A stretch of 64,000 nt of DNA, taken from contig CAVSGP010000006.1 of the NCBI GenBank assembly GCA_963727505.1, positions 128,001 to 192,000 on the forward strand. The letters are read 5' to 3'. A program made the position numbers and the translations under genes. The notes under the pieces were generated by a model, which ran no database searches, was not told the DNA's origin, and saw only the letters and a program-made list of their open reading frames with translations. Shown piece after piece: positions 24,141-33,442 of the stretch (position 1 is the first letter of the stretch; each line of letters opens with the position of its first letter). Source of the DNA: an uncultured Trueperaceae bacterium. GTDB lineage: Bacteria > Deinococcota > Deinococci > Deinococcales > Trueperaceae.

Positions 24141-24434
24141 ATGGGCCGCTTCCGCGCCTCCTCGCTGGGATCGGGCGCCATCATCCTGGCGGTGCTGCTG
24201 CTGATCCTGCACCGCAACGGCACCGGCTTGCTGTTCCTGGTCGTCGGGGGCGGGCTGTTGTGGTACGGCCGCAACCAGCGCCAAGCACAGGAGCGCTCCA
24301 CGCAGGAAGGCGAGGGCGCCGACGCCGGTGCCGAGGGTGAGGTGGTCGCCGGTGGCTCGGTTGCGGATGGCTCCGACGCGGATGGCTCCGAAGAGGACAC
24401 CGATGCGCGGCGCCCGCACGACGGCGAGGCCTGA
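24141..24434 (+). CDS. Small membrane protein with acidic tail
   Basis: Two hydrophobic segments followed by an E/D/G-rich tail. Confidence 0.6.
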   Translation: MGRFRASSLGSGAIILAVLLLILHRNGTGLLFLVVGGGLLWYGRNQRQAQERSTQEGEGADAGAEGEVVAGGSVADGSDADGSEEDTDARRPHDGEA

Positions 24435-24468
24435 ACCGGGCGCGCCGAGCACCCTCCCCGCCTGTTCA

Positions 24469-24545
24469 CCCTGGGCGCCCGTCCGCCCTGCACACCCTTC
24501 GGTCCTGCGCGCCCGTCCGCCCTGCGCGCCCGTCCGCCCTGCGCG
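24469..24545. repeat. 17-bp intergenic tandem repeat, about 4.5 copies
   Basis: CCCTGGGCGCCCGTCCG / CCCTGCACACCCTTCGG / TCCTGCGCGCCCGTCCG / CCCTGCGCGCCCGTCCG / CCCTGCGCG. Confidence 0.85.
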
Positions 24546-24616
24546 TCGCCGGCGAGGTAAGAAGGCCGTTAGTCGGCCGCTGCTAGGCTTCTACCATGAA
24601 GGAAGGGTCTCGCCCC

Positions 24617-24865
24617 ATGAAGCGCTGCTCGGACACCGAGCTGGAGGCGATGGTGACGCGCTACGAACGCGCGCTGTTCGCCGGGACCTCCAGCCACCGT
24701 GACGTGGTGAAGCTGATCGCGGCCGAACAGGAGATCCTGCGCCGCGAGGCCAAGCGCGTCAAGCAGACGGTGAACGAGGAGCGCCGGGCCCGCACGGTCT
24801 CGAGCAGCGAGGGCTGGCTCTCGGTCACGCCCGAAGCAGCGCCCAAGCAGCGCCGGCCGAACTGA
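24617..24865 (+). CDS. Small helical hypothetical protein
   Basis: MKRCSDTELEAMVTRYERALF...; purine-rich SD upstream; alternative start at 24596. Confidence 0.7.
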   Translation: MKRCSDTELEAMVTRYERALFAGTSSHRDVVKLIAAEQEILRREAKRVKQTVNEERRARTVSSSEGWLSVTPEAAPKQRRPN

Positions 24866-24925
24866 GCGCCCGGTCCTGAAGGGCCGCCACCGGGACGTCG
24901 TTGCTTCCCGCGCCGAGCCCGCCCG

Positions 24926-26647
24926 TCAGTGCGGCGAAGTGACGCCCGAGCCCTTCTCGTTCGACAACGCCAACCCCACCACCACGGGATCGTGATCCGA
25001 CGCCCGGTAGGGCGTCCGTGGCGCCGGCACGAACGCCGGCGCGTGCCCGAAGGCGCCGACCAGGGCGGACTCGTCGGCGTCGATGTGCCAGATGGCGGAC
25101 CCTGCGAGCTGCGGCGCCAGCGCGGGGCTCGCCAGCAGGTAGTCGAGCGTCCCGGAACGGCCGGCGTAGACGTAGCTGTAGCGGTCGCGCGCGGGCAAGG
25201 TGTGCGCAGCGTCGACGAAGCCGGCGCCCTCGAACAGCCGCAGTGGCGGCTCGGCGGCGTAGCTGTTGAGGTCGCCTGCCAGCAGCACGTCCCGGTCCCC
25301 GGTGGTGCGCTGCAGGTGGGCGACGAATTCGAGGACCGCCTGCGCCTGTGCGCTGCGGCGCAGGTTCCAGCAGCCCGAGCCGCGGTCGATGTCTCCGGCC
25401 GCGGGACAGCCCCCCTTCGACTTGAGGTGCAGCGCCACCAGCGTGAACACACCGCCGCCGCGCTGCCGGAAGGTCGCGGCCACCGGCGCGCGTTCGAACA
25501 GCGGACGGGGATCGCTGGCGCTCGCCACGAGCTCGAGCGCCGACGGCCGGTAGAGCACCGCCTGCTTGATCCGGTCGCCACCCACGCCGCGGGCCGGGTC
25601 GGCGACCGCGGCATACACGTTGCCGCCGAGGCGCGCGTTGAGCGCCGCCAGGAGGGCGTTCTCGCTGCGCATGCCGTCGTTCTCGACCTCCTGCAAGGCG
25701 ATCGCGTCGGCGTCCAGGCCGGCCAGGGCGGCGACCAGCTTGGCGCGCTGCAGCGCGCGCTGGCCGGGGCTGCGCGCGCCGCGCTGGCCGAGGGTGGTGA
25801 AGTAGTTGTGGACGTTGAAGGTGGCGATCCGCAGGGTGCCCCCGACGGGCGGTGGGGCCGCGGGGCGGGGGTTGGTGGCGACGAGCCGCGGCGCGGTCAC
25901 CGGCTCGAGCCGGTAGCGGTCGATCCCCGCCGCATTCACCACCGCCGTGACGTCGCGGACGCTGTCTCCCACGCGCGGTGGACGCCCGGTCCGGAGCAGG
26001 TAGGGGACCGGCGTCGGGTCGCGTCGCCGGCTGCCGTCGTCCAGCACGATGCCTCCCGGAGTCGATGCGGCCGTGCCCGAGCCTTGCGTGGCTGCGAACA
26101 GCCTCGCGGCGGCCAGCCCGAGCTCCCCGTCGCGCGCCAGCGGGTACACGTCGGTGACGACCAGCGGCCCCGGGAGCGTCACCAGCATGCCTTCGAGCGC
26201 CTCCCAGGCGGCGGGTCCGTCGACCGGCAGGCGCACGATCCTTGGTGGCGGGAGCGCGGCGCTGCCGCAGCGCTCCAGCCGCGAGACCGAGCTGAGCTGC
26301 GTCATGCCGCCCGTCTCCCGCACGTTGCCGGCGACCCGGACCGCGTCGCCGGGACCGGGCGAACGCGCGCCGCCGGCGATCCTCACGAAGAGCCCGTCGG
26401 ACGTCGCGGGGTCGCCGTCACCGACCGCGTCCTGTAGGAAGAAGCCCTCCAGACCGTCGGCGCCGGGGAAGGCGGCGGTCACGACGCCCTGCACGGTGAC
26501 GTCCCTTCCGGCCAGGGGCGAGGACGGGCCGTCACCCTGGACGGCGGCGATGGCGGTGATGCCGGTGCCGACCGGACAGCCGGCGATGGCAGGGGTACCG
26601 GCCGCCAGCAGCGCCGCCAGCACGAGTCCCCGCAGCAGGCGTGGCAT
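24926..26647 (-). CDS. ExeM/NucH family extracellular endonuclease
   Basis: Signal peptide, OB-fold (VQGVVT...GFFLQD...TSDGLFV), WEALEGMLV, EEP domain (FNVHNYF, LQEVEN, HLKSKG, GDLNSY, ASDHDPV). Confidence 0.93.
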   Translation of the reverse strand: MPRLLRGLVLAALLAAGTPAIAGCPVGTGITAIAAVQGDGPSSPLAGRDVTVQGVVTAAFPGADGLEGFFLQDAVGDGDPATSDGLFVRIAGGARSPGPGDAVRVAGNVRETGGMTQLSSVSRLERCGSAALPPPRIVRLPVDGPAAWEALEGMLVTLPGPLVVTDVYPLARDGELGLAAARLFAATQGSGTAASTPGGIVLDDGSRRRDPTPVPYLLRTGRPPRVGDSVRDVTAVVNAAGIDRYRLEPVTAPRLVATNPRPAAPPPVGGTLRIATFNVHNYFTTLGQRGARSPGQRALQRAKLVAALAGLDADAIALQEVENDGMRSENALLAALNARLGGNVYAAVADPARGVGGDRIKQAVLYRPSALELVASASDPRPLFERAPVAATFRQRGGGVFTLVALHLKSKGGCPAAGDIDRGSGCWNLRRSAQAQAVLEFVAHLQRTTGDRDVLLAGDLNSYAAEPPLRLFEGAGFVDAAHTLPARDRYSYVYAGRSGTLDYLLASPALAPQLAGSAIWHIDADESALVGAFGHAPAFVPAPRTPYRASDHDPVVVGLALSNEKGSGVTSPH

Positions 26648-26794
26648 GGCGTAGTCTACCGGCCGGCGCGGGGCGGCCGGATCCCGTTGGCGGTCGCGAG
26701 CGCGCGTTCGGGACTCCGACTCGACCCCGGTGCCGTCGCTTGCCGTTCCCGTGCCGCTCAGAAGATCGCGGGACGCGCCGCTGTAGGCTGGGGC

Positions 26795-27478
26795 ATGCCG
26801 ATCCGCGACGACTTCATCCTGCGCATGCTCGACCAGGTGGGCGAGGCGATCGCCCGCGTGCTCACCGGCCGAAGCCCGGGCGCGGAGCAGATGGCGGAGC
26901 AGGAGCTGACCAGCGCCTACCAGGAGCTCACCGGGTCCGGCCGGGCGCTGGTGGCGCGACTCTCCTCGGAGCAACTGCTGGCCATCCTGGGCGCGCCCGC
27001 GCGCTTCCATCGCGAACGCGGCTACGTGCTGGCCAGGCTGCTGGAGGTCGACGCCACGCTGATCGAAGAGAGCGGCGGGGAAGAAGATGCCGCGGCGGCC
27101 GCGCGCCTGAAGTCGCTCGACCTCTTCCTGGAGTCGGCTCGGGCCGGCCTGGACGAGGAGGACCTGGGCGAGCGTGTCGCCGGTCTGCGGGAAGCGCTGG
27201 CCGCGCTGCATCTCCCCGAGGCCAGCCACTGGCGGGTCTTCGAGTACGTTGCGGACGAGGGCCGCTACGCGGCGGCCGAGGACCTGCTCTTCGAAGGGCT
27301 CGAGCGCTTCGGCCCTGCCCACGCCGTCGCCGAGCGCGGCCGCGCCTTCTACCGCGCCCTGGACGCCCTGGCGGACGCCGACCTGGAGGCCGGCGCGTTG
27401 CCGCGGACCGAGGTGGGCGAGGGCCGGACGACGTTCGAGGCCGAGCTGGAACGCGCTCCGAGCGAGGAGACGCGGTGA
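26795..27478 (+). CDS. Conserved helical protein (DUF6483-like)
   Basis: RDDFILRMLDQ, GRYAAAEDLLF, FYRAL...DLEAGALPRTEV; TAGGCT 5 nt before the ATG. Confidence 0.75.
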   Translation: MPIRDDFILRMLDQVGEAIARVLTGRSPGAEQMAEQELTSAYQELTGSGRALVARLSSEQLLAILGAPARFHRERGYVLARLLEVDATLIEESGGEEDAAAAARLKSLDLFLESARAGLDEEDLGERVAGLREALAALHLPEASHWRVFEYVADEGRYAAAEDLLFEGLERFGPAHAVAERGRAFYRALDALADADLEAGALPRTEVGEGRTTFEAELERAPSEETR

Positions 27479-28665
27479 GTGCGGCGCCGCTCGGTCGCTG
27501 GGCCTCGACGCGGGCGCGGGCGATGCCCGCCAGTATGTTCGCCACCATGGACGCCGCCAAGGCCGAGGCCCGCGCGGCGGGCAGGGACGTCATCGACCTC
27601 TCGATCGGCTCCTCCGACCTGCCGCCGCCCCGAAGCGCCGTCGACGCACTGCGCCGCACGGCGGACGACCCGTCGGCCTATGGCTACTGTCTCCAGGCGT
27701 GCACGCGGCCGCTGCGCGAGGCGGTGGTCCGCTGGTACGCGCGCCGCTACCCCGCCGCGCCCGCCCTCGATCCCGATCTCCACGTGCTTCCCCTGATCGG
27801 GTCGCAGGAGGGGCTCGCCCACCTGCTTCTGGCCGTCGCGGATCCCGGCGACACCGTTCTGATGCCCGATCCGGCGTATCCCTCGTACTTCGGCGCCGCC
27901 GCACTGGCCGGCGTGGAGCGCGTGGCGATGCCGCTGCTGGAGGAGAACGGGTTCCTGCCCGACCTCGCGGCCGTGCCCGGAGAGGCCGCCGCGAAGGCGC
28001 GTGCGATGGTGCTCAGCTACCCCAACAACCCCACGGCCGGCGTGGCGGACGCGGCGTTCTTCGACCACGCCATCCGCTTCGCGGCGGAGCGCGGGATGTT
28101 GCTGGTGCACGACTTCCCCTACGTCGATACGGTGTTCGGCGACTACCAGGCGCCTTCGCTGCTGGCGCGGCCGGGCGGGCTGGCGACCGGCATCGAGCTC
28201 TACTCGTGCTCCAAGAGCTTCCACCTGGCCGGGCTGCGGATGGGCTGGGCCGTGGGGCACGAGGATGCCATCGCCGCGCTCGCCCGCGTCAAGGGCGCCA
28301 TCGACTTCAACCAGTACCTCGGCGCGCAGCGCGCCGCGATCGCCGCGCTCGAGCAACCGCGCGAGCACCGCCGTGCCGACGCCGAGCGCTTCCGGCAGCG
28401 TCGCGACGCGCTGGTCGAAGCCTTGAACGCCTCCGGCTGGGAGACGCCCGCGCCGCGGGCCAGCATGTACGTTTGGACACGCCTGCCCGCCGGCCGCAGC
28501 GACTCCTTCGCCTTCTGCCTCGAGCTGGTGAGGGGCGCCGGCGTCGCGCTGGCGCCCGGGCGCGCCTTCGGGGAGCGTGGCGAGGGTTACGTGCGTTTCG
28601 CCCTGGTGCAGGAGCCCGAGCGCTTGCGCGAGGCGGTGGAGCGCATCCGCCGGTCGCTCGACTGA
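27475..28665 (+). CDS. Class I/II PLP-dependent aminotransferase (DapL/AlaC-like)
   Basis: IDLSIGSSD, GSQEGLAHL, YPNNPTA, HDFPY, SCSKSFHLAGLRMG, GEGYVRFAL. Confidence 0.93.
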   Translation: MSAAPLGRWASTRARAMPASMFATMDAAKAEARAAGRDVIDLSIGSSDLPPPRSAVDALRRTADDPSAYGYCLQACTRPLREAVVRWYARRYPAAPALDPDLHVLPLIGSQEGLAHLLLAVADPGDTVLMPDPAYPSYFGAAALAGVERVAMPLLEENGFLPDLAAVPGEAAAKARAMVLSYPNNPTAGVADAAFFDHAIRFAAERGMLLVHDFPYVDTVFGDYQAPSLLARPGGLATGIELYSCSKSFHLAGLRMGWAVGHEDAIAALARVKGAIDFNQYLGAQRAAIAALEQPREHRRADAERFRQRRDALVEALNASGWETPAPRASMYVWTRLPAGRSDSFAFCLELVRGAGVALAPGRAFGERGEGYVRFALVQEPERLREAVERIRRSLD

Positions 28666-28672
28666 GCGGCGC

Positions 28673-29317
28673 TCACGGGGGTCCGATGCGCTCGCTCGTC
28701 CCCTCGGGAGCCGCATCTGCGGTGTCGGCGGACGCGCCCTCGCCGGCCGCGCTCTCCCTGGCGACGCGCACCGGCGGCTCTTCGTCGCGCCGACGCACCT
28801 CCCACAGCCCCTGGAGGTTGATGCCGAAGTGTGCCACCACCGCCGGCACCAGGCTGCCGGTTGTCAGGGTGAGCGCGCCGAACGTCAGGCCCGCGACCGC
28901 GGCGAACGCCGGGTAGGCCCAGGCGCGGCGCGGCACCGGGTGGAACAGCCCGAACAGCAGCGCCTGTGCCACCAGCCCCAGCAGCGGCATCAACGCACCC
29001 CGGAAGAACAGCTCCTCCGCGCCGGCGGTGGCGGCGGCCAGCAGCAGCGCCGTCCACGCCGGGAGCGCCACCGAGCGGAGCGCGCTCTCCAGCAGCCGGC
29101 TGGCGTAACGGAACGACGGCAGGGTCCGTTCCAGCAACCAGGCGGCGCCCAGAAGCAGGAGGGCGGTGAACATGCCGGCGAGGATCTGCTCGCCGAGACC
29201 GATGCGCGCGGCGTAGGGCCACGGGCGCAGCAGCAGCCAGACGCCGCCCAGGACGCCGAGCGCCAGGCTGGGCAGGAAGAGCAGGGCGCGGCGCAAGGGG
29301 CTCGTCACGGTCCCCAC
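28673..29317 (-). CDS. CPBP/CAAX family intramembrane metalloprotease
   Basis: EELFFRG, FGLFH, AHFGIN motifs. Start uncertain (29308 or 29317). Confidence 0.9.
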   Translation of the reverse strand: MGTVTSPLRRALLFLPSLALGVLGGVWLLLRPWPYAARIGLGEQILAGMFTALLLLGAAWLLERTLPSFRYASRLLESALRSVALPAWTALLLAAATAGAEELFFRGALMPLLGLVAQALLFGLFHPVPRRAWAYPAFAAVAGLTFGALTLTTGSLVPAVVAHFGINLQGLWEVRRRDEEPPVRVARESAAGEGASADTADAAPEGTSERIGPP

Positions 29318-30651
29318 CCCTGCGCTTCGGCGTAGTGGCGCAGCAGCGCCTCGGCGTCCTCGGTCGTGGCGATGTCGCCGACCGCTTCGGCCTCGCGCAG
29401 GAGCCGCAGGGCCTCGCCCACCCGCGGGCCGGGCGGGATGCCGAGCAGGCGCATCACCGTCTCGCCGTCGAGCAGCGGCGCCGCCGCCGTTGGCTCGTCC
29501 AGGATGGCGAGCACGCGGGCCAGCGCCAGCCTGTACGCCTGCCGGCGGCCCTCGCTGGCGAGAGGACCGCGGGCGGCCTCGCGGTCGGCGATCATCAGCT
29601 TCAGGAGGTCGGGCAGGAGCGTCCCGCGGCGGTGCACGAAGCGCCGCGCCTCACGCTCGCCCCGGGGTAGCGGAAGCATGTGGTAGCGCACCAGCGACCC
29701 GACGCGGTCGGCGAGGGCGCGGGGTTGATGCAGCCGCGCCAGCGCCGTCTGGGCCAGCCGCTGCCCGAGCCGCGCGTGCCCGTAGAAGTGGATGCGCCCG
29801 TCCTCGCCGGGCCCGCGGGTGGCGGGCTTGCCGATGTCGTGCAGGAGCGTGGCCCAGCGCAGGGCGGCATCCGCTTCGGGGAAGCCCTGCACGAGCTGGT
29901 TCAGCGCCTCCAGCGCATGCCGTAGCACGTCGAGATGGTGGAAACCGCCCTGCTCGACGCCGCGGCAGGCGGCGAGCTCGGGCAGCAGCACGTCGAGCAG
30001 GCCGAGCTCGTCGGCCAGCGCCAGGCCGCGGGCGGCGGCCGGGTGGAGGAGAAGCAGGTCGAGCTCGTCGCGGATGCGTTCCCACGCAGGAAGCGGGTGC
30101 GTGCCCTCGGCCTGTCGCCGCGCCAGGCGCCGCACCGCGTCGCGCGTCGCGGGCTCGAGCGTCAGCTCGAGCGTGACGGCGAGCCGCACGCCGCGCAGCA
30201 GGCGCAGCGGGTCGTCGGCCAGCGAGGCCTCGGAGGTCATGCGCAACCGCCGCGCGCGCAGGTCGCGCACGCCGCCGAGCGGGTCGTGGACACGGCCGTC
30301 GAGCCCGGCGGCGACCGCGTTGACGGTGAAGTCCCGGCGCCGCAGGTCGGCCTCGAGGCCGACCGTCAGCGGTGCGTAGTCGCAGGTGAGCGCGCCGGCC
30401 ACCACGCGCCAGTGGCCGCGTTCGGCGTCGAGGGCGAAGGCGCTGGCGTCGATGCCGGTGGCCGCCAGGGCCTCCGCCGCGCGCCGCGCCTCGTCCTCGG
30501 GCCGCTCCACCAGCCAGTCGACGTCGCGCGGCTCGCGGCCCGCCAGGGCGTCACGAACAGCGCCCCCCACCAGGAAGCCGCGATGGGGGAGCGGCGTAGA
30601 CTGGGGCATGGCGATGCGCTCCGGGGGCGACGAGCGGCGCAGCCAGCGCAT
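29305..30651 (-). CDS. Class II tRNA nucleotidyltransferase with HD domain (probably CC-adding)
   Basis: LVGGAVRD...DVD, DLRRRDFTVNA, DDPLRLLR, ERIRDEL, LLHDIGKP, PGPRVGE. Confidence 0.9.
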   Translation of the reverse strand: MRWLRRSSPPERIAMPQSTPLPHRGFLVGGAVRDALAGREPRDVDWLVERPEDEARRAAEALAATGIDASAFALDAERGHWRVVAGALTCDYAPLTVGLEADLRRRDFTVNAVAAGLDGRVHDPLGGVRDLRARRLRMTSEASLADDPLRLLRGVRLAVTLELTLEPATRDAVRRLARRQAEGTHPLPAWERIRDELDLLLLHPAAARGLALADELGLLDVLLPELAACRGVEQGGFHHLDVLRHALEALNQLVQGFPEADAALRWATLLHDIGKPATRGPGEDGRIHFYGHARLGQRLAQTALARLHQPRALADRVGSLVRYHMLPLPRGEREARRFVHRRGTLLPDLLKLMIADREAARGPLASEGRRQAYRLALARVLAILDEPTAAAPLLDGETVMRLLGIPPGPRVGEALRLLREAEAVGDIATTEDAEALLRHYAEAQGWGP

Positions 30652-30687
30652 GGCTCCAATTACAGCACGCGCGGCCGGGGGCCGCCG

Positions 30688-31317
30688 GTGAGCCTGCGCG
30701 TTGGTCTGACGGGGAACATCGGTTCCGGCAAGTCGAGCGTTGCACGCCTGCTGCGGGAGCGGGGGGCGGCGGTCATCGATGCCGACGCGCTGGCCCGCGA
30801 GGCCACGCAGGACCCGAAGGTGCTCGAGGGCATCGCCCGCGACCTCGGCTCCGAGCTGGTGCGAGGCGGGAGGCTCGACCGCGCCGCCACGGCGCGCCGG
30901 GTGTTCGCCGATCCCTCGGCGCGGAGCCGGCTGAATGCCATCGTGCACCCCTGGGTACGTCGCGCCTCGGCCGAGCGCGCTGCGGCCCTCGAGGACGCCG
31001 ATCCGGCGCCGCCGGTGATCGTGTTCGACATCCCGCTGCTCTACGAGAACGGGCTCGAGCTCGGCCTGGACGCAGTCCTCGTGGTGGACGCGGCACTGGA
31101 GGCGAGGGTGGAGCGGGTGCGGGCGCGCAGCGGCCTCGACGCCGCCGAGGTCCGCGCTCGCGACGCGGCGCAGATGCCGCTGTCCGACAAGGTGGCGCGC
31201 GCCGACTTCGTGGTGGACAACAACGCTTCGCCCGAAGCGTTGCGCGACCAGGTCGACGCCCTGTGGCGTAGGCTGCTGGCGCACGCCGGGCAGGGAGGAA
31301 CCGATCGGGACCCGTAG
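30688..31317 (+). CDS. coaE: Dephospho-CoA kinase
   Basis: VGLTGNIGSGKS, IDAD, LNAIVHP, DIPLLYE, QMP. Confidence 0.96.
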   Translation: MSLRVGLTGNIGSGKSSVARLLRERGAAVIDADALAREATQDPKVLEGIARDLGSELVRGGRLDRAATARRVFADPSARSRLNAIVHPWVRRASAERAAALEDADPAPPVIVFDIPLLYENGLELGLDAVLVVDAALEARVERVRARSGLDAAEVRARDAAQMPLSDKVARADFVVDNNASPEALRDQVDALWRRLLAHAGQGGTDRDP

Positions 31318-31512
31318 GAGCGCGACCGTGCCGAACCCCACGCGGCCGGCTGGCTCCCTCCAGGCGTACGGCCACCCCGGCGCAGTGCCGGGGTGGCCGT
31401 GAGGCTCCGATCGAACGGGGGAACCCTCCGGTCCGGACCTGAAGGTCCGAACCTTCACGTGCCGATCATCGGGTGCGGACCCTCGTGCGGGATCCGCTGA
31501 GCGCCGACGCGC

Positions 31513-33261
31513 CTACCAGCTCACCTGGGTCAAGCCTTGCCCGGTGATGGTGCCGCCGGAGGTCTGCTGGTCGCTGTAGCTGCCGCCGAGGTGGCCTGCC
31601 ACGAAGTCGATGAACTTCTGCAAGGCGTCCGTGGCGGCCTGCACCTTGGCGATGTCGAGATTCTGCGAGCCGCTCATGCCCGCGAAGGTCTGGATCCCGG
31701 TCACCAGCGACGCGCTGCTGTTCTGCATGCTGGCCTTGGCGTCGGTCAGAGTGAAGCTGTGGGCGTCCGAGGCCACCATCGAGCGCATGCTGGCGAGGGT
31801 CGCGGGCAGGGTGCCGGTGCTCTGCGCGGCCTGCAGCACGTCGTCGAGCGCCTTGTTGCTGGTGCCGATGAAGGCCTGGCCGTTCGATACCGCGTACGAG
31901 ATCTTCACGGTCGGGGCGAGGGTGACGGTGGTGACGGTCACGTTGCCGACCTGGTGGGTGTCGGCCGGGGCCGGTGCGCTGTTGCCCGACGGGTTGGTGA
32001 AGCTGGCGAGCCGCGTGTCGAGCTTGGTGAACAGGTCGCTCAGGCCCTTGGTCGCCGCCGCATCGTCGCTGCTCTTCAACACGAACACGGTGGACCCCAG
32101 CACGTCGGTGCTGGGCATGCCGGCCTGTTGCGGTGCCGGCGAGGGGGTCGCGATGATGCCCACGTTGCCGCCCGACCAGGCGAAGAGGTCGGCCTTGAGG
32201 TCGATGCCGACCATGCCCTGGACGAACTGGTTCAGATCCGTCACGCCGAGCTGCGGTTCGCTGGCGACGAGGCCGCCGAGGTAGTCCCACCAGGCGCCCA
32301 GGTCGAGCGCGCTGCTGCTGACGCTGAGGGTGTCGGCGGGGGCGAGCCCCAGTGGGTCGGTCGAGGCCGGGCTGGACGAGGACAGCAGGGCGTACAGGGC
32401 CGGGTCCTTGTCGGACGGGCCCAGCAGCCGCAGGCTGTGCGTCTCGACGCCGTCCGCCGTGATCACGGTGACGCCGCCGCTGGTGCCGATGGTGGTGAGC
32501 GCGTTGGCGACGCGCTGCGCCAGGGCGTCCATGCCCTGGGCGGCCAGGAGGGGCTGCACCATGGAGGCGACGGGAGCGAGGTCGACGTAGGTCATGATGT
32601 TCCCGCCCCTGAGGGTGCCGAGGGTCGCCTTGTAGCCCGCGCTGTCGGTGAAGGACGGCTCGCTGGCGCCCTGCTGGCGGCGGAGCACGCCGCGAAGGGC
32701 GTCGGGGTTGTTCGACAAGGCCACGAGGGCGCCGTCCTGGGCGTAGGCGACCTGCGTGGTGGCGCCGTTACCGTCGTCGACCGTGGAGACGTAGAAGTCG
32801 ATCTTGCCCTCGGTGAGCTTCTGGACGCCGGGCTGGCCGGCCTCCTTGGCGAGCAGCTTGGCGGCCGCCTGCTGCGCCTTGGCGTCCGCGTGGGCCACGA
32901 AGACCACGGCCGGGAGCGGGTTGCCCTGGCGAAGGGCGATCGCGAGGTAGGCCTCGTTGCCGAGGAGGTCCAGCGCGCCGAGCCCCTTCAGCTCCGCGGG
33001 CATCTGGCTCAGGTTGGGTAGGTTCGCCGACTGTTCGGCCTGCTTCTCGGCGGACGCGAACGCGTCCTGGAAGGCCTTCGCGACTCCAAGCCGCTCGAAC
33101 TCGTCGAGGAACGGCTGGATCTTGGCCTGCTGGCCGCTGAGCCCCTGCACTCCGATGGCTGCCACGGTGTCGGGCGGCAGCAGGGAGCGCAGCGACTGGG
33201 CCAGTGCACCCGAGAACGCGGCGAGAACGAGGGCGACGAGTACGGTGCTGACGCGCTTCAT
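31513..33261 (-). CDS. Secreted hypothetical protein (DUF3352-like)
   Basis: Signal peptide MKRVSTVLVALVLAAFSGALA; internally duplicated alpha/beta pattern (LLPPDT / LAPADT); GGAGG RBS. Confidence 0.75.
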   Translation of the reverse strand: MKRVSTVLVALVLAAFSGALAQSLRSLLPPDTVAAIGVQGLSGQQAKIQPFLDEFERLGVAKAFQDAFASAEKQAEQSANLPNLSQMPAELKGLGALDLLGNEAYLAIALRQGNPLPAVVFVAHADAKAQQAAAKLLAKEAGQPGVQKLTEGKIDFYVSTVDDGNGATTQVAYAQDGALVALSNNPDALRGVLRRQQGASEPSFTDSAGYKATLGTLRGGNIMTYVDLAPVASMVQPLLAAQGMDALAQRVANALTTIGTSGGVTVITADGVETHSLRLLGPSDKDPALYALLSSSSPASTDPLGLAPADTLSVSSSALDLGAWWDYLGGLVASEPQLGVTDLNQFVQGMVGIDLKADLFAWSGGNVGIIATPSPAPQQAGMPSTDVLGSTVFVLKSSDDAAATKGLSDLFTKLDTRLASFTNPSGNSAPAPADTHQVGNVTVTTVTLAPTVKISYAVSNGQAFIGTSNKALDDVLQAAQSTGTLPATLASMRSMVASDAHSFTLTDAKASMQNSSASLVTGIQTFAGMSGSQNLDIAKVQAATDALQKFIDFVAGHLGGSYSDQQTSGGTITGQGLTQVSW

Positions 33262-33442
33262 GGGACCTCCGCTGGGGTGTCGATGTGACCTTGGCGCCGT
33301 GCGTCACGGCGCGTTCCCAACCACTATACGGGCCACCGCCGGGCGCACACGGCGCGTGTGTCCCATCGCACGACATGCCCTGCTGTGGGTGTGATCCGTC
33401 CGCCGGGGAGCGCCTACCGGCTGCGCTCCCCGGCGCGTGCGA

